A stretch of 64,000 bases of DNA from Bacillota bacterium (GCA_030024085.1 JASEJE010000015.1:14375-78374), one strand, 5' to 3'. Shown: positions 29,565 to 43,563, counted from the first letter of the stretch. Translations and numbers: made by a program. The notes: generated by a model from the letters alone, not told the origin.

Positions 29565-30014
29565 CTATATCACCTCAGCTTTGCCGCCGGCCTGCTCGAT
29601 CTTGTCCTGCGCAGAGCGCGTGAAAGCGTGGGCCCTTACGGTGAGCGGTCGGGTGATGTCTCCGCTCCCCAGTATCTTCACACGGTCGGCGGCTCGCTTT
29701 ATTATACCAGACTTCTTGAGGTCCTCGGGCGAGACGACAGCCCCCTCCTCGAACCCGTTGAGATCCGCAAGCTTGACCTCGGTGTAGGGTTCCCTGAAGC
29801 GGTTCGTGAAGCCGCGCTTCGGAACCCTCCGGACGAGCGGCATCTGGCCGCCTTCGAACATTGCGCCCTTGGCACCGCCTGAACGGGCCTTCTGACCCTT
29901 ATGGCCTTTTCCTGCAGTCTTGCCGTGACCGCTTCCAAGCCCTCGGCCGACCCTCTTGGGATAATGGCGAGCGCCCTCGGGCGGGGCGAGTTCTTCGAGC
30001 CTCAAGTCTGCCAC
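29565..30014 (-). CDS. rplO: 50S ribosomal protein L15
   Basis: KRVGRGLGSGHGKTAGKGHKGQKARSGG. Confidence 0.9.
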   Translation of the reverse strand: MADLRLEELAPPEGARHYPKRVGRGLGSGHGKTAGKGHKGQKARSGGAKGAMFEGGQMPLVRRVPKRGFTNRFREPYTEVKLADLNGFEEGAVVSPEDLKKSGIIKRAADRVKILGSGDITRPLTVRAHAFTRSAQDKIEQAGGKAEVI

Positions 30015-30018
30015 CTCC

Positions 30019-30198
30019 TCACTCCGTGACTTCCTCCACGTCTACCAGATGATCCACCCTCCGCACCATCCCCCGGACCTGAGGGTTATCCGGGAGAAGG
30101 ACGGTCTTATGCAGCCTCGACAGGCCGAGGGCCTGAACCGTCGCCCTCTGCACCCTCGGGGCGCCTATCGTGCTATGCTTCAGCGTGACCTTCAACAT
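30019..30198 (-). CDS. rpmD: 50S ribosomal protein L30
   Basis: MLKVTLKHSTIGAPRVQRATVQALGL. ATG with RBS GAGAGGG. The ORF-track N-extension was rejected. Confidence 0.85.
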   Translation of the reverse strand: MLKVTLKHSTIGAPRVQRATVQALGLSRLHKTVLLPDNPQVRGMVRRVDHLVDVEEVTE

Positions 30199-30256
30199 CT
30201 TCGCCGCCCTCTCGGCAGCGCCGTTCGCGCCTGCGGACACCTGACACACCCCCTCG

Positions 30257-30748
30257 CTAATACAGATCCGACACGGGTTTTCCGCGCAGTCGGGCAACGT
30301 CCTCCGCCCGCTTGAGGGACTTGAGCCCTTTCACGGTGGCGCCAACCATGTTGAACGGGTTGGACGAGCCCAGGGACTTGGTCAGGATGTCCTTCACGCC
30401 GGCAAGCTCCAGGACGGCCCTCACGGGACCGCCGGCGATCACGCCCGTGCCGGGCGTCGCGGGTTTCAGAAGCACCCTGCCCGCACCGAACTCCCCGACG
30501 ATCTCGTGGGGGATGGTGGTCCCGACAACCGGAACGTCGAACATGTTCTTACGGGCCTCTTCGACGCCCTTGCGTATCGCCTCGGCCACCTCCGACGCCT
30601 TGCCGATCCCGGTGCCCACGCGGCCGTTTCCATCGCCCACCGCGACCAGGGCGCGAAAGCTTCGTGTGCGACCGCCCTTGGTCGTCTTGGCCACGGGATC
30701 GATGCTGACGACCTTCTCCTTCAACTCCTGGCTCTCAAACTCCATCAT
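30257..30748 (-). CDS. rpsE: 30S ribosomal protein S5
   Basis: [26 protein letters not shown]. Confidence 0.9.
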   Translation of the reverse strand: MMEFESQELKEKVVSIDPVAKTTKGGRTRSFRALVAVGDGNGRVGTGIGKASEVAEAIRKGVEEARKNMFDVPVVGTTIPHEIVGEFGAGRVLLKPATPGTGVIAGGPVRAVLELAGVKDILTKSLGSSNPFNMVGATVKGLKSLKRAEDVARLRGKPVSDLY

Positions 30749-30774
30749 CGCTTTTTCACCAACTCCCCTGGACG

Positions 30775-31143
30775 CTAGAACTCGAGCCCGCTTTCGCGCG
30801 CGCCCTCGGCCACGGCGGCAATCCTACCGTGGAACAGGTTGCCCCCCCGGTCGAACACCACCTTCTTGATACCCCTCGCCTGCGCGCGCTCACCGATGAG
30901 CTTGCCCACGAGGCGCGCGGCCTCCACGTTGCCCCCGCTTTCGATGTGCTTTCTCACCTCAGGGTCAAGGCTCGATGCGAACGCGAGAGTCGTCCCTGAC
31001 GCGTCGTTGATGACCTGGGCGTAGATGTGCCTCGAGGTCCGCGCCACGGAGAGCCTGGGGACCTCGGACGTGCCGGACACTTTCTTCCTTATGCGCAGGT
31101 GCCGCCTAGCTCTCGCGAGCTTTCTGTCTTTGCGCTTGAACAT
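30775..31143 (-). CDS. rplR: 50S ribosomal protein L18
   Basis: [25 protein letters not shown]. Confidence 0.9.
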   Translation of the reverse strand: MFKRKDRKLARARRHLRIRKKVSGTSEVPRLSVARTSRHIYAQVINDASGTTLAFASSLDPEVRKHIESGGNVEAARLVGKLIGERAQARGIKKVVFDRGGNLFHGRIAAVAEGARESGLEF

Positions 31144-31172
31144 GGCTCATCCTCACCTCTTCTGCCTCGGCC

Positions 31173-31727
31173 CTACTTCTTTCCGCCCGCCGCTTTGCCG
31201 GCTTTGCCGGCCTTTCTGCGGATGTGCTCGCCCTCATACATGATGCCTTTGCCCTTGTACGGCTCAGGCGGCCGCACGGCGCGGATGTTCGCCGCGGTCT
31301 GGCCGACGAGTTCCTTGTCTATGCCCTTCACCACGATCTTCGTGGGAAGCGGCACCTCTATCTCAAGGCCTTCGGCGGGCTCTATCTCGACGGGGTGGGA
31401 GTATCCCACGCTCAGCACGAGTTTCCTGCCTTGCTTGGCCGCCTTGTACCCGGTGCCGGATATCACGAGCGACCTCTCGTAGCCTTCGGTAACACCCTTT
31501 ACCATGTTCGCCACGAGCGTCCTCGTCAGGCCGTGAAGGGCCCTGTGCTCCTTCTCGTCGCCGGGCCGCTCCACGACGACCTTGTCATCCCGCAAGGAGA
31601 CCTTCATCTCCTTTACGAGCTCTCTCTGAAGTTCACCTTTCGGTCCCTTCACTACGACGGTATTGCCCGCAATTTCAACCTCGACGCCTTTCGGCACTGG
31701 TATCGGCGCTTTCCCTATCCGGGACAT
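31173..31727 (-). CDS. rplF: 50S ribosomal protein L6
   Basis: [30 protein letters not shown]. Confidence 0.9.
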   Translation of the reverse strand: MSRIGKAPIPVPKGVEVEIAGNTVVVKGPKGELQRELVKEMKVSLRDDKVVVERPGDEKEHRALHGLTRTLVANMVKGVTEGYERSLVISGTGYKAAKQGRKLVLSVGYSHPVEIEPAEGLEIEVPLPTKIVVKGIDKELVGQTAANIRAVRPPEPYKGKGIMYEGEHIRRKAGKAGKAAGGKK

Positions 31728-31806
31728 CATTTCACCCCCTCACAACCTGCCCGTGAGCGCCGGCCTGCCGGTGCCGCATCGCACGGCCCCCGGCCGCGGG
31801 CGCATC

Positions 31807-32211
31807 TCACCAGACATAACAGATGACTTCGCCGCCCACGCCCTCTTTGCGAGCCTTCCTGTCGGCCATGATGCCCTTGGGCGTGGAGATGACTGCGATC
31901 CCGAGACCCCCGAGGACCCTGGGGAGCTCGTCTTTACCCGCGTAAACCCGCAGCCCGGGCTTGCTTATCCTCTTCAGGCCGGTTATGACCTTCTGCTTGT
32001 TGGGACCATACTTGAGGTAGATACGCAGCGTTCCCTGCTTCCCGTCGCCTATCACCTCAAAGTCCCTGATGAATCCCTCTTCTCTGAGGATCTTCGCAAT
32101 TTCGCGCTTCACCTGCGAGGAGGGGACTTCAACGACGTCCCTTGCCACGATATTGGCATTTCGGATCCTCGTCAGCATGTCAGCGATGGGGTCCGTCGTC
32201 ACCATTCGCAT
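31807..32211 (-). CDS. rpsH: 30S ribosomal protein S8
   Basis: [24 protein letters not shown]. Confidence 0.9.
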   Translation of the reverse strand: MRMVTTDPIADMLTRIRNANIVARDVVEVPSSQVKREIAKILREEGFIRDFEVIGDGKQGTLRIYLKYGPNKQKVITGLKRISKPGLRVYAGKDELPRVLGGLGIAVISTPKGIMADRKARKEGVGGEVICYVW

Positions 32212-32248
32212 CGACCTCCTCCACTTGCAGACCTGCCAGGTACGCCTG

Positions 32249-32440
32249 TCACCAGCTCGCCTTGGTCACGCCGGGGATCTCCCCCCGGAGAGCAAGCTTG
32301 CGGAAACAGATCCTGCACATGTCGAACTTCCTCATGTACGCCCTCGGCCGCCCACAAATGGGACACCTGTGATAGGTCCTCACGCGGAACTTCGGCGGCC
32401 GCTTCTGCTTCTCAATCAGACTCTTCTTTGCCAAAGCCAT
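32249..32440 (-). CDS. rpsN: 30S ribosomal protein S14 type Z (zinc-binding, 61 aa)
   Basis: [47 protein letters not shown]. Confidence 0.9.
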   Translation of the reverse strand: MALAKKSLIEKQKRPPKFRVRTYHRCPICGRPRAYMRKFDMCRICFRKLALRGEIPGVTKASW

Positions 32441-32559
32441 CCCTCCACCGGAATGCTGGACTCATCGATTGGCCATGACCTGCCATCCCCGTGATATCCT
32501 GCGGATGTGGCGCGCGCCGCGGATACGGGGGCGCGGTCCGCCGCGCATCGTGGTCTTTC

Positions 32560-33102
32560 CTACTTTCTGAAGGGCATCCCCATGGCCTTGAGGAGCTCGT
32601 AGGCCTCCTCATCATTTCTGGCCGTCGTCACGACGGTGATGTCCATGCCCCGTATCTTGTCAACCTTGTCGTATACTATCTCCGGGAAGATGAGTTGCTC
32701 CTTGATGCCCAGGGAGTAGTTTCCCCTCCCGTCGAACCCGTCGGGGGAGACCCCCCGGAAGTCACGGATCCTGGGAAGAGCGACGTTGAACAGCTTGTCG
32801 AGGAAGTGGTACATCCTCTCTCCCCGAAGGGTGACCTTGCACCCTATAGGGACTCCGGCCCTCAGCTTGAAAGCGGCTATGGACTTCTTCGCCCGTGTGA
32901 TGAGAGGCTTCTGTCCCGATATCGCCGTAAGATCCCCTACCGCGGAGTCGAGCATCTTGGGGTCCTGGACAGCATCGCTCACTCCCATGTTCACGATGAC
33001 CTTCTCGACCCTGGGGATCTGCATAACACTCCTGTAGCCAAACTTCTCGCGGAGGGCAGGTGCAACTTCTTTCAAGTATTTCTCCTTGAGCCGCGCCGCC
33101 AC
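32560..33102 (-). CDS. rplE: 50S ribosomal protein L5
   Basis: [40 protein letters not shown]. Confidence 0.9.
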   Translation of the reverse strand: MAARLKEKYLKEVAPALREKFGYRSVMQIPRVEKVIVNMGVSDAVQDPKMLDSAVGDLTAISGQKPLITRAKKSIAAFKLRAGVPIGCKVTLRGERMYHFLDKLFNVALPRIRDFRGVSPDGFDGRGNYSLGIKEQLIFPEIVYDKVDKIRGMDITVVTTARNDEEAYELLKAMGMPFRK

Positions 33103-33122
33103 TTGCCGTCACCCCCGATGTC

Positions 33123-33452
33123 CTACTTGTCTATCTCGCGCCCGCACTCTCTGCACACCCGCACATGCTCGCCGTCTTCAGCGACGCGCCTCCCTACCCG
33201 TGCGGGCCTGCTGCACTTGGGGCACACCACCATGACCTTGGCCAGGGGCACGGGCTCCGCCTTCTCGATGACGCCTCCCTGGGGGGCCAGTCGCGTCGGC
33301 TTGGTGTGACGCTTGGCCACGTTGACGCCCTCCACCAGCACGCGTCCTTCCGCGGGCAGCACCCGCAGGACCTTGCCTTTCTTGTCCTTGTCTTTGCCGG
33401 ACAGGACGATGACCGTGTCGCCCTTCTTCACGTGGGGTTTCATCTGGCTCAA
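33123..33452 (-). CDS. rplX: 50S ribosomal protein L24 with C-terminal CxxC...CxxC zinc-ribbon extension (TTG start)
   Basis: [28 protein letters not shown]-terminal [12 protein letters not shown]...[21 protein letters not shown] 8 nt before the TTG. Confidence 0.85.
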   Translation of the reverse strand: MSQMKPHVKKGDTVIVLSGKDKDKKGKVLRVLPAEGRVLVEGVNVAKRHTKPTRLAPQGGVIEKAEPVPLAKVMVVCPKCSRPARVGRRVAEDGEHVRVCRECGREIDK

Positions 33453-33473
33453 AACGCCCGCCTCCTTGTGGCC

Positions 33474-33842
33474 TTATAGCACTTCAGGGGCGAGAGAGAC
33501 TATCTTCATGAAGTCCTTGTCCCGGAGCTCTCTCGCAACGGGACCGAAAATCCTTGTGCCCCTGGGATTGTTCTGATCGTTGATGATCACCGCGGCATTC
33601 TCATCGAACTTGATGTACGAGCCGTCGGGCCGGGGGATCTCCTTCTTCGTCCTGACTATCACGGCCCTCACGACCTCGCCCTTTTTAACCACGCCCCCGG
33701 GCGCGGCCTCCTTGACGCTCGCGATGATAACGTCGCCGATGCCGGCGAACTTCCTGTTTCCGCCCCCGAGCACCCGTATGCACATGATCTTCTTGCCGCC
33801 GGTATTGTCCGCAACGGACAGCATCGTCTGCGGTTGAATCAT
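33474..33842 (-). CDS. rplN: 50S ribosomal protein L14
   Basis: [38 protein letters not shown]. Confidence 0.9.
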   Translation of the reverse strand: MIQPQTMLSVADNTGGKKIMCIRVLGGGNRKFAGIGDVIIASVKEAAPGGVVKKGEVVRAVIVRTKKEIPRPDGSYIKFDENAAVIINDQNNPRGTRIFGPVARELRDKDFMKIVSLAPEVL

Positions 33843-33911
33843 CTCGCCTACCCTCCTCGAGAGAGAGCGCACGTCGCACCCGCACCAGACCAGTAGAACC
33901 CGCGCGTGCGA

Positions 33912-34169
33912 CTACTTCGCCCTTTCCACGATCTCCACGACACGCCACCTCTTGTGCTTGCTGAGAGGCCTGGTCTCCATGAGCCGCACCCTGTCGCCGA
34001 CCTTCGCCTGGTTCTCCTCATCGTGTGCCATGAACCTCGTGGTCCTCTTCATCGTCCGCTTGTAAAGCGGGTGCCTGACGGTACGCTCCACGGCGACCAC
34101 GACCGTTTTATCCATGCTGTCGCTGACGACGGTGCCGACGCGCACCTTGCGCATACTCCGGTCATCCAT
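33912..34169 (-). CDS. rpsQ: 30S ribosomal protein S17
   Basis: [23 protein letters not shown]...[44 protein letters not shown] 7 nt before the ATG at 34169. Confidence 0.85.
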   Translation of the reverse strand: MDDRSMRKVRVGTVVSDSMDKTVVVAVERTVRHPLYKRTMKRTTRFMAHDEENQAKVGDRVRLMETRPLSKHKRWRVVEIVERAK

Positions 34170-34182
34170 AACGCAACCCTCC

Positions 34183-34398
34183 TTACGCCTGGCTTGAGCC
34201 AAGCTCCCGCTCGCGCAGGACCGTTTTGACTTGCGCTATGGTCCGGCGGACCTCGCGCATGCGCATGGGATTATCGAGCTGACCGGTGGCAACCTGAAAT
34301 CGAAGGTTGAACAGCTCCTCCTTCAGCGACTCGAGCTTTCGCTGGAGTTCTTCGCTGGTGAGGTCACGAACGTCCTTAACCTTCACTTGCCTCACCAC
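34183..34398 (-). CDS. rpmC: 50S ribosomal protein L29 (start may be an internal GTG ~34380-34386)
   Basis: [54 protein letters not shown]. Confidence 0.85.
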   Translation of the reverse strand: MVRQVKVKDVRDLTSEELQRKLESLKEELFNLRFQVATGQLDNPMRMREVRRTIAQVKTVLRERELGSSQA

Positions 34399-34810
34399 CT
34401 ACTTCTTCTCGCTTGACGAACTTGCTCTTCACGGGGAGCTTGAACGCCGCAAGGCGCATGGCCTCCCGGGCGACGTCCTCCGGGACCCCTGCGATCTCGA
34501 ACATGATCCTCCCAGGCTTCACGACGGCCACCCAGTACTCGGGGTTGCCCTTCCCGCTTCCCATACGGGTCTCGGCGGGTTTCTTGGTAACGGGCTTGTC
34601 GGGGAAGATCTTGATCCAGACCTTGCCGCCCCTCTTGGTGTACCTGGTCATGGCTATCCTTGCCGCCTCTATCTGCCGGTCGGTGATCCACCCCGGCTCG
34701 AGGGCCTGGAGCCCGTATTCCCCGAGGAGAAGTTCGGAGCCACGCATGGCTTTGCCCGTCATCCTCCCACGCTGGACTTTGCGGTGTTTGACTCTCTTGG
34801 GCTGCAGCAT
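34376..34810 (-). CDS. rplP: 50S ribosomal protein L16
   Basis: [25 protein letters not shown]. Confidence 0.9.
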   Translation of the reverse strand: MLQPKRVKHRKVQRGRMTGKAMRGSELLLGEYGLQALEPGWITDRQIEAARIAMTRYTKRGGKVWIKIFPDKPVTKKPAETRMGSGKGNPEYWVAVVKPGRIMFEIAGVPEDVAREAMRLAAFKLPVKSKFVKREEVGGEASEG

Positions 34811-34812
34811 AT

Positions 34813-35472
34813 TCACCGACTCCCTTCGGCAGCGGCCTTGTTCCTTTCAGGAAGCACCTCGCCCTTGTATATCCATACCTTGACGCCGATCCTGCCGTAA
34901 GTGGTGTGCGCTTCGGCAAACCCGTAGTCTATGTCGGCCCTCAGGGTATGAAGGGGGATCTTCCCCTCGCTGTATCCTTCGGTGCGGGCTATCTCCGCGC
35001 CGGCCAGCCTGCCGCCGACCTTCACCTTCATGCCCTGGGCGCCCATCTTCATGGCCCTCGAAAGGGCCTGCTTCATCGCCCGGCGGAAAGATATGCGCTT
35101 TTCGATCTGGGCAGCGATATTCTCCGCCACAAGCTGGGCGTCGACCTCAGGGTTCTTCACCTCGACGATGTTCACCGAGATGTGTTTGCCGGTGATGGCC
35201 TCGAGGTCGCGCCTGAGCTGCTCAACCTCCTGGCCACCCCTTCCGATGACCATGCCGGGGCGCGCGGTGTGGATGTTGACCTTCACGCGCGTGGCCGCCC
35301 GCTCTATGTCCACCCGGGAGATCCCGGCGTTGTAGAACCTTGTCTTTACGAACTGCCTGATCTCGCGATCCTCGTGGACCAGCTCCTGGTAGCCCTTCTT
35401 GTCGTACCACTTCGCAGACCAGTCCTTGATTATCCCGAGCCTCAGGCCAAGGGGATGAACCTTGTGACCCAT
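34813..35472 (-). CDS. rpsC: 30S ribosomal protein S3
   Basis: [23 protein letters not shown]. Confidence 0.9.
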   Translation of the reverse strand: MGHKVHPLGLRLGIIKDWSAKWYDKKGYQELVHEDREIRQFVKTRFYNAGISRVDIERAATRVKVNIHTARPGMVIGRGGQEVEQLRRDLEAITGKHISVNIVEVKNPEVDAQLVAENIAAQIEKRISFRRAMKQALSRAMKMGAQGMKVKVGGRLAGAEIARTEGYSEGKIPLHTLRADIDYGFAEAHTTYGRIGVKVWIYKGEVLPERNKAAAEGSR

Positions 35473-35475
35473 TCC

Positions 35476-35823
35476 TCACCCCTCCTTCTCTTTCAAGACT
35501 ACTGTAATGTGGCTGGTACGCTTCAGGATCCGTGCCGGGATCCCGCGCATCCTCGGCCGCCACCTCTTCATGGTCGGGCCTTCATCGACCTTCGCCTCTG
35601 ATACGTAGAGGTCGCCCTTGTTCATCTCGTAGTTGTGCTCGGCGTTAGCCATGGCCGATTTCAGGACCTTGCTGATGAGCCTCGCCCCTTTCTTCGGGGT
35701 GAACCTCAGAATCGCCATGGCGTCCCCGGCACTCTTGCCCTTAATCAGGTCCATGACCTGCCTCGCTTTTCTCGGTGCGATCCTGACATAACGCGCAACC
35801 GCACGAGCTTCCATGCCAGCCAT
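35476..35823 (-). CDS. rplV: 50S ribosomal protein L22
   Basis: [40 protein letters not shown]. Confidence 0.9.
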   Translation of the reverse strand: MAGMEARAVARYVRIAPRKARQVMDLIKGKSAGDAMAILRFTPKKGARLISKVLKSAMANAEHNYEMNKGDLYVSEAKVDEGPTMKRWRPRMRGIPARILKRTSHITVVLKEKEG

Positions 35824-35847
35824 CCCCTCCAGACCCCGACACGCGCC

Positions 35848-36132
35848 CTACTTGAGGGCCGTGGACCTTTCGGTACGAGCGCCGTGCCCGCGGAAGGTCC
35901 TCGTCGGAGCAAACTCCCCCAGCTTGTGCCCGACCATGTCCTCACTGATGTAGATCGGGACGTGCCTGCGACCGTCATGCACCGCAATCGTGTGGCCCAC
36001 CATCTCGGGGAAGATGGTTGAGGCTCTCGACCACGTCTTGATGACTTCCTTGTGGCCCTTTTCGTTCAACGCGCGGATCCTCGCGAGCAGCCTTTCGTTG
36101 ACGTAGGGGCCCTTCTTGAGCGACCGTGACAT
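35848..36132 (-). CDS. rpsS: 30S ribosomal protein S19
   Basis: [19 protein letters not shown]...[11 protein letters not shown]. Confidence 0.9.
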   Translation of the reverse strand: MSRSLKKGPYVNERLLARIRALNEKGHKEVIKTWSRASTIFPEMVGHTIAVHDGRRHVPIYISEDMVGHKLGEFAPTRTFRGHGARTERSTALK

Positions 36133-36153
36133 CAGCCCGCCTCCTTCCCCTTG

Positions 36154-36978
36154 CTACCTCCGCCTTCTGACAATGAGCCTGTCCGATGGCTTCCTCTTTC
36201 TGGTCTTATAGCCCAGCGTCGGCTTGCCCCATGGTGTGAGCGGCGAGGCATGCCCTATCGGGGCGCGACCCTCTCCACCGCCATGCGGGTGGTCAACAGG
36301 GTTCATGACGACACCTCGCACCTCCGGCCTCCATCCCATGTGCCGCTTCCTGCCGGCCTTGCCCGTGCGCACGATCTCGTGCTCAACGTTACCGACCTGC
36401 CCGATGGTGGCCTTGCATTCGAGGCGCACCAGCCTGACTTCGCCCGAAGGGAGCCGCACGTGAGCGTAATCGCCTTCCTTCGCCATGAGCTGCGCTCCCA
36501 TGCCTGCAGCGCGGGCGAGCTCGCCGCCCCTGCCCGGGACGAGCTCGAGATTGTGAACGACCGTCCCAACCGGTATATCGCGCAGCGCGAGAGCGTTGCC
36601 CGGCTTTATGTCAGCCCCGGGACCCGATACGACCGTGCCACCCACCTCGAGACCCAGCGGCGCCAGGATGTACCGCTTCTCGCCGTCAGCGTAGTTCAAG
36701 AGGGCGATCCTGGCTGACCTGTTGGGATCGTACTCGATGCTCGCAACCTTCGCGGGCACCCCGTCCTTGTCGCGCTTGAAATCGATGATGCGCAGCTTGC
36801 GCTTGGCACCGCCACCCCTGTGCCTCACCGTAATCCTGCCGTGAGCATTGCGGCCACCTGTCTTCGGGTTGCGCGCGAGGAGAGATCTCTCCGGCTCCTT
36901 CGCCGTGATCTCCTCGAACGTCGGAACGGTCATGAACCGCCTGCCCGCGGTGACCGGCTTATACCTCTTGATTCCCAC
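36154..36978 (-). CDS. rplB: 50S ribosomal protein L2
   Basis: [18 protein letters not shown]...[14 protein letters not shown]. Confidence 0.9.
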   Translation of the reverse strand: MGIKRYKPVTAGRRFMTVPTFEEITAKEPERSLLARNPKTGGRNAHGRITVRHRGGGAKRKLRIIDFKRDKDGVPAKVASIEYDPNRSARIALLNYADGEKRYILAPLGLEVGGTVVSGPGADIKPGNALALRDIPVGTVVHNLELVPGRGGELARAAGMGAQLMAKEGDYAHVRLPSGEVRLVRLECKATIGQVGNVEHEIVRTGKAGRKRHMGWRPEVRGVVMNPVDHPHGGGEGRAPIGHASPLTPWGKPTLGYKTRKRKPSDRLIVRRRR

Positions 36979-37053
36979 CTTTCGCCCCTCCTCAACTCAA
37001 GGATACCGCCAGAGGGGGAGCCGACTGCTCTCGCCAGCCGGCTGCTACAGCAA

Positions 37054-37341
37054 CTAGACTCCCTCAAAGAGCGGGATCTTGTGGTCCTTCTCCAGGGTCA
37101 CAACGGCCTTCTTCCACTCGGGGGTCTTCCCCTCGAACCGGCCCATTCGCTTGGTCTTGCCGGGGACACGAAGGGTGTTGACCTCCTTCACCTTGACCTT
37201 GAAGATCTCCTCTACGGCCTCTTTTATCTCTGTCTTGGTCGCGCGGACATCCACCATGAAGGCGTACTTGTTGTCCTCGAGCTGCCTCGTGCTCTTCTCC
37301 GTGACAAGAGGCCGCTTGATCACGTCTCTTGGCGACTTCAC
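37054..37341 (-). CDS. rplW: 50S ribosomal protein L23
   Basis: [26 protein letters not shown]. Confidence 0.9.
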   Translation of the reverse strand: MKSPRDVIKRPLVTEKSTRQLEDNKYAFMVDVRATKTEIKEAVEEIFKVKVKEVNTLRVPGKTKRMGRFEGKTPEWKKAVVTLEKDHKIPLFEGV

Positions 37342-37964
37342 CTTGCAAGCACCTCCCCGACAGCATCCACTGCGTCGCGGGTAAAGACGAGCTTCTCGTG
37401 GTCGAGGATGTCATAGACGTTCAGCCCGGACGGGCCGAGAGTTTTCACGCCCGGCAGGTTCCGCGCGGAAAGTTCGATGTTCCTGTCGGGCTCGCGCACC
37501 ACCACGAGGGCTTTCCCTTCAGCGTCGAGCCTCTGCAGCACAGCGGCCATGTCTTTCGTCTTCGGCTCGGCAAGCGTCAGGCTGTCGAGAACCAGTATCT
37601 CGTTGGCCTGGGCCTTTGAGGAAAGCGCTGACAGAAGAGCCAGCCTCCGCACCTTCTTCGGGAGCTTGTACGCGTAATCGCGCGGCACGGGCCCGAACAG
37701 GGTCGCCCCACCCCTCCACAGGGGTGACCTGCGGCTTCCATGTCTCGCACGCCCGGTCCCCTTTTGCCGCCAGGGCTTGATGCCGCCGCCCGCGATCTCC
37801 CCTATGGTCTTCGTCTTCGCGGTGCCTTGCCGCCTCGTTGCAAGCTGCATGACCACAGCCTCATGGAGGACGGCCTCGTTGACCGGGACGCCGAAGATGG
37901 AGTCAGGCAGCTCGTACTCGCCTATCTTGTCACCATTCATGTTGTACAGAGGCGCCATTGGCAT
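37338..37964 (-). CDS. rplD: 50S ribosomal protein L4
   Basis: [34 protein letters not shown]. Confidence 0.9.
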   Translation of the reverse strand: MPMAPLYNMNGDKIGEYELPDSIFGVPVNEAVLHEAVVMQLATRRQGTAKTKTIGEIAGGGIKPWRQKGTGRARHGSRRSPLWRGGATLFGPVPRDYAYKLPKKVRRLALLSALSSKAQANEILVLDSLTLAEPKTKDMAAVLQRLDAEGKALVVVREPDRNIELSARNLPGVKTLGPSGLNVYDILDHEKLVFTRDAVDAVGEVLAR

Positions 37965-37979
37965 ACGTTTCCACCTGCC

Positions 37980-38624
37980 TCACTTCTTCTTTTTCACGGT
38001 GGTCTTGACCGCCTCTTTGACGAGGACCAGACCCCCGCGCCGCCCCGGAACTGACCCCTTGACCAGGAGCAGGTTCCGCTCAGGATCGACCTTCACGACC
38101 TCGAGGTTCTGAATGGTTACCCGCTCTCCCCCCATGCGGCCCGGAAGTTTCCGTCCTTTGAACACGCGCGCCGGATCGGTTGCTCCGAGGGAACCGACTC
38201 TCCGGTGATACATCGAGCCGTGGCCCATGGGGCCTCTCCTGAAATTCCACCGTTTTATGACGCCCGCGTAGCCCTTGCCGAGCGAGGTCCCGACTATGTC
38301 AACGCGGTCGCCCCTGTTGAAGATGTCGACCTTGATCTCAGCGCCCACATCATAGGGGCTGTCGTCCTTGACACGGATCTCCCTGAGATGTCGCCTGGGC
38401 TTGACGTGCGCCCTCTTGAAATGCCCGCGTTCAGGCTTTGTCAGAAGGCTCTCCCGGATATCGCCGAACCCGAGTTGAATCGCTGCGTAACCTTCGTCGT
38501 CCTTCGTCTTCTTCTGCACGACGACACACGGCCCGGCTTCGATGGCGGTCACGGGGATGACCTCCCCCGCATCGCCGAATATCTGCGTCATGCCGAGTTT
38601 TCGTCCGAGTATGCCTTTAGGCAT
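37980..38624 (-). CDS. rplC: 50S ribosomal protein L3
   Basis: [16 protein letters not shown]. Confidence 0.9.
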   Translation of the reverse strand: MPKGILGRKLGMTQIFGDAGEVIPVTAIEAGPCVVVQKKTKDDEGYAAIQLGFGDIRESLLTKPERGHFKRAHVKPRRHLREIRVKDDSPYDVGAEIKVDIFNRGDRVDIVGTSLGKGYAGVIKRWNFRRGPMGHGSMYHRRVGSLGATDPARVFKGRKLPGRMGGERVTIQNLEVVKVDPERNLLLVKGSVPGRRGGLVLVKEAVKTTVKKKK

Positions 38625-38680
38625 TTACCCCGCACCTCCCTGCTGTACATGTGGCTTGCGCGCCTGCCCGGGCCACACGG

Positions 38681-38989
38681 CTAGAGCTTGATCTCGATGC
38701 CCACTCCGGCAGGAAGGTCCAGCCGTATGAGGTCGTCAACCGTCTTCGGCGTGGGATCGATAATGTCGATGAGCCTCTTGTGGGTCCTCATCTCGAACTG
38801 CTCACGCGAGTCCTTATCCACGTGGACGGACTTCAGCACCGTGAATATGCTCTTCTCGGTCGGGAGCGGAATCGGGCCTGATACCCGCGCCCCGCTACGC
38901 CTGGCCGTCTCGACTATTCTCTCCGCCGACTGGTCGAGCAGCCGGTGATCAAATGCCTTTAGCCTGATCCTGATCCTTTGCTCCGGCAT
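38681..38989 (-). CDS. rpsJ: 30S ribosomal protein S10
   Basis: [37 protein letters not shown] at 38989 with RBS GGGAGGT. Confidence 0.9.
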   Translation of the reverse strand: MPEQRIRIRLKAFDHRLLDQSAERIVETARRSGARVSGPIPLPTEKSIFTVLKSVHVDKDSREQFEMRTHKRLIDIIDPTPKTVDDLIRLDLPAGVGIEIKL

Positions 38990-39177
38990 GTTTAGCATAC
39001 CTCCCAGTCATCGCCTGATCACGTTAGCAGACATACTCCGCCGGAATTCCCCTGCCACGCAGGCAACCTCCGGCATCATCGCTGCGAGAGGCAGGCCGGA
39101 CGCGGCCCGCCGGACACCCTGGCCGGCCTGGCCTGCCCCGCTTCTCCGCATCCCGGGCGGCCTGCCCGCTAAATGCA

Positions 39178-40383
<1,206 letters not shown>

Positions 40384-40427
40384 TCTCAAGTCATCCTCCT
40401 TGGCATAGGTCTTGACTCTACAACAAG

Positions 40428-42500
40428 TTACCTCCCGCGCGCGGTGACGGCCTCAGAGATATGCGCGGGAACCTCCTCGTAGCGCATGAAATACATGACG
40501 TAGGTTCCTCTCCCCTGCGTAAGAGACCGGAGATCAGTCGCGTACCCGAACATCTCCGCAAGCGGTATATGAGCCCGGATAATCTGAGAGGGACCTCGTC
40601 TCTCCATGCCCTGCACCCTGCCACGCCTGGCGCCGATGTCGGCGATTACGTCGCCGGTGAACTCCTCCGGCACCACCACTTCCACGCGCATCAGGGGTTC
40701 CAGCAACACGGGGTCAGCCCGCCTCGCCCCGTCCTTCACTGCCATGGACGCGGCTATCTTGAACGCCATCTCGGACGAGTCGACCTCGTGGTAAGAGCCG
40801 CCCAGCAGCGTCACCTTCACGTCCACCAGAGGATACCCTGCGAGCACCCCCGAGTCCATGGACTCGCGGGCGCCGACCTCCACAGCAGGGATGAACTCCC
40901 TCGGTATGTCCCCGCCAGTCACCCGGTCCTCGAACTCGAATCCGCTGCCGGCGGGTAGCGGCGACAAAGTGATCTTCACATGGCCGTACTGGCCGCGACC
41001 GCCTGTCTGCCTGACAAACCTGCCCTCACTCTCCACAGTGGACCGTATGGTCTCCCTGTACGACACCTGGGGCTTGCCCACATTGGCCTCGACCCTGAAC
41101 TCGCGGACGAGCCTATCGATGATGATCTCGAGATGGAGCTCGCCCATGCCCGAAATCACGGTCTGTCCGGTATCGGGATCCTGCCGCACGTGGAACGTGG
41201 GGTCTTCCTCCGACAGCTTGGCAAGGGCAGATGCGAGTCTGTCCTCGTCGGCCTTGGTCTTCGGCTCCACCGCCACTGATATGACGGGCTCCGGGAACTC
41301 GATGGCCTCGAGGATGACGGGCCTCTCCTCGTCGCTCAGCGTATCGCCGGTGGTGACCTCCCTGAAACCGACAGCGGCGACGATATCGCCCGCTCGCGCT
41401 TCCTCCACGTCCTCGCGATGGTTCGCGTGCATTTGAAGGATGCGCGCCAGCCTTTCCTTCTTGCCCTTCGTCGCATTATAGACGTAAGACCCGGCCCGCA
41501 CAACACCGGAGTAGACCCGGAAGTAGGTCAGCTTACCCACGTATGGGTCAGCCGCTATCTTGAATGCGAGGGCGGAAAACGGCTCGTCATCATCCGGCGG
41601 CCTTTCCTCCTCCTCACCAGTCCTGGGGTTGGTTCCCCTGACAGGCGGGAGGTCGTTCGGCGCAGGAAGATAATCCACCACCGCATCGAGAAGAAGCTGA
41701 ACGCCCTTGTTGCGGAAGGCTGCTCCACAGAGCACCGGGACGATCTTCGCATCCACGGTCGCCCGACGCAACGCCTTCTTGAGTTCGCCGACTGTGATCT
41801 CGTCGCCCTCTATATACTTGGACATTATGTCGTCGTCAGTGTCGGCCACAGCCTCGATCAGTTCCTCACGGTACCGCCCGGCCTCGTCAGCGAGTTCGGG
41901 AGGTATGTCAGTCACCTCTCGCTGCATTCCGAGATCATCCAGGTAAAGCACGGCCTTCTGCTCTATGAGGTCTACGACTCCATTGAAACCATCTTCGGCG
42001 CCGATGGGTATCTGGATCGGCACCCCCCTGGCACCGAGCCTGTCGTGAACCATCCTCACCGCGCGCGGGAAGTCCGCCCCGACGCGGTCCATTTTGTTCA
42101 CGAACACGATCCTCGGCACATGGTACCGGTCGGCTTGGCGCCACACATTCTCCGTCTGGGGTTCAACACCGCCTACAGCGCACAGTACCGCAATTGCGCC
42201 ATCTAGCACGCGAAGCGACCGCTCAACCTCCATGGTGAAGTCCACGTGCCCGGGCGTATCTATGATGTTTATGCGATGATCCTTCCAGAAGCACGTGGTG
42301 GCTGCTGCCGTAATCGTGATGCCGCGCTCCTGCTCCTGGACCATCCAGTCCATCGTCGCAGCGCCGTCGTCCACCTCTCCAATCCTGTGCACCCGTCCGG
42401 TATAGAAGAGGATGCGCTCGGTGGTTGTGGTCTTCCCGGCGTCGATGTGTGCCATTATACCAATGTTTCTTGTCCTTTCAAGCGGGAACCTCTCGCCCAC
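40428..42500 (-). CDS. fusA: elongation factor G
   Basis: GTG start 9 nt after [40 protein letters not shown]. The ORF-track N-extension was rejected. Confidence 0.9.
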   Translation of the reverse strand: MGERFPLERTRNIGIMAHIDAGKTTTTERILFYTGRVHRIGEVDDGAATMDWMVQEQERGITITAAATTCFWKDHRINIIDTPGHVDFTMEVERSLRVLDGAIAVLCAVGGVEPQTENVWRQADRYHVPRIVFVNKMDRVGADFPRAVRMVHDRLGARGVPIQIPIGAEDGFNGVVDLIEQKAVLYLDDLGMQREVTDIPPELADEAGRYREELIEAVADTDDDIMSKYIEGDEITVGELKKALRRATVDAKIVPVLCGAAFRNKGVQLLLDAVVDYLPAPNDLPPVRGTNPRTGEEEERPPDDDEPFSALAFKIAADPYVGKLTYFRVYSGVVRAGSYVYNATKGKKERLARILQMHANHREDVEEARAGDIVAAVGFREVTTGDTLSDEERPVILEAIEFPEPVISVAVEPKTKADEDRLASALAKLSEEDPTFHVRQDPDTGQTVISGMGELHLEIIIDRLVREFRVEANVGKPQVSYRETIRSTVESEGRFVRQTGGRGQYGHVKITLSPLPAGSGFEFEDRVTGGDIPREFIPAVEVGARESMDSGVLAGYPLVDVKVTLLGGSYHEVDSSEMAFKIAASMAVKDGARRADPVLLEPLMRVEVVVPEEFTGDVIADIGARRGRVQGMERRGPSQIIRAHIPLAEMFGYATDLRSLTQGRGTYVMYFMRYEEVPAHISEAVTARGR

Positions 42501-42578
42501 CTTCCATCCCCTCCTTTCATGCCGCAAGATGCCTCGTTGGAAGCGGGACCACGGTCCGACAGCCACACGCTATGTCGG

Positions 42579-43049
42579 TTACCACCTGTAGTGGGCGAAC
42601 GCCTTGTTGGCCTCGGCCATTCTGTGGGTGTCTTCCCTCTTCTTCACGGAAGCCCCTTGCCCGGCCGATGCATCAAGAATCTCCGCCGCGAGCTTCTCCG
42701 CCATACTTCTCTCGGACCTTGCGCGTGCGTTCTGAATAATCCAACGCAGCGCGAGCGCGGTACGTCTCTCGGGGCGCACCTCGACCGGCACCTGGTAGGT
42801 CGAGCCGCCGACCCTGCGGGGCCTCACCTCGAGAACGGGCATTACGTTCTTTACCGCGCGCTCGTAAACCTCCACGGGATCCTTGCCGGTCTTCTCCCCG
42901 ACGATATCCATCGCACGATAGAAGATGGACTCCGCGACGCCCTTCTTGCCCTCGAGCAACAGCTTGTTGATCATCTCGGCCGCCAGGACGTTCCCGAACA
43001 CCGGGTCTGGAACTGTCTCATGCTTGACAACACCGCCCCTCCTGGGCAT
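42579..43049 (-). CDS. rpsG: 30S ribosomal protein S7
   Basis: [33 protein letters not shown]. The ORF-track N-extension was rejected. Confidence 0.9.
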   Translation of the reverse strand: MPRRGGVVKHETVPDPVFGNVLAAEMINKLLLEGKKGVAESIFYRAMDIVGEKTGKDPVEVYERAVKNVMPVLEVRPRRVGGSTYQVPVEVRPERRTALALRWIIQNARARSERSMAEKLAAEILDASAGQGASVKKREDTHRMAEANKAFAHYRW

Positions 43050-43131
43050 CCGCACCCCTCCTTTCAAAGAAGCATCCTCTTTAGTCTCCACACAGCCCGA
43101 CAGGCCCATACCACTGGCACCTGCATAGCAC

Positions 43132-43563
43132 CTACGCCTTGGGCCGTTTGGCTCCGTACTTCGAACGCCCCTGCTTGCGGTTGGCCACTCCGGCTGCATC
43201 GAGGGTCCCCCGGATGATATGGTAACGAACGCCGGGGAGATCCTTCACCCTGCCGCCCCTGATGAGCACCACGGAGTGCTCCTGGAGGTTATGGCCTATC
43301 CCGGGGACGTAAGCCGTCACCTCGAGCTGGTTGGTGAGCCGCACCCTCGCGATCTTGCGCAGTGCGGAGTTGGGCTTCTTGGGCGTGGTGGTCCTCACCA
43401 CGGTACATACTCCCCTCTTCTGGGGAGACCCCTTCGCTGTGTACTCCGACCGCCGGACGTAAGAGTTGTAATGCCACCTGAGCGCAGGCGCTGACGACTT
43501 CCCTGCCGCCTTTTCACGGCCTTTGCGTATAAGCTGGTTGATGGTTGGCACGCGACCTGGCAC
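43132..43563 (-). CDS. rpsL: 30S ribosomal protein S12 (start may be the internal GTG giving VPTINQL)
   Basis: [13 protein letters not shown]...[18 protein letters not shown]...[20 protein letters not shown]. Confidence 0.9.
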   Translation of the reverse strand: MPGRVPTINQLIRKGREKAAGKSSAPALRWHYNSYVRRSEYTAKGSPQKRGVCTVVRTTTPKKPNSALRKIARVRLTNQLEVTAYVPGIGHNLQEHSVVLIRGGRVKDLPGVRYHIIRGTLDAAGVANRKQGRSKYGAKRPKA

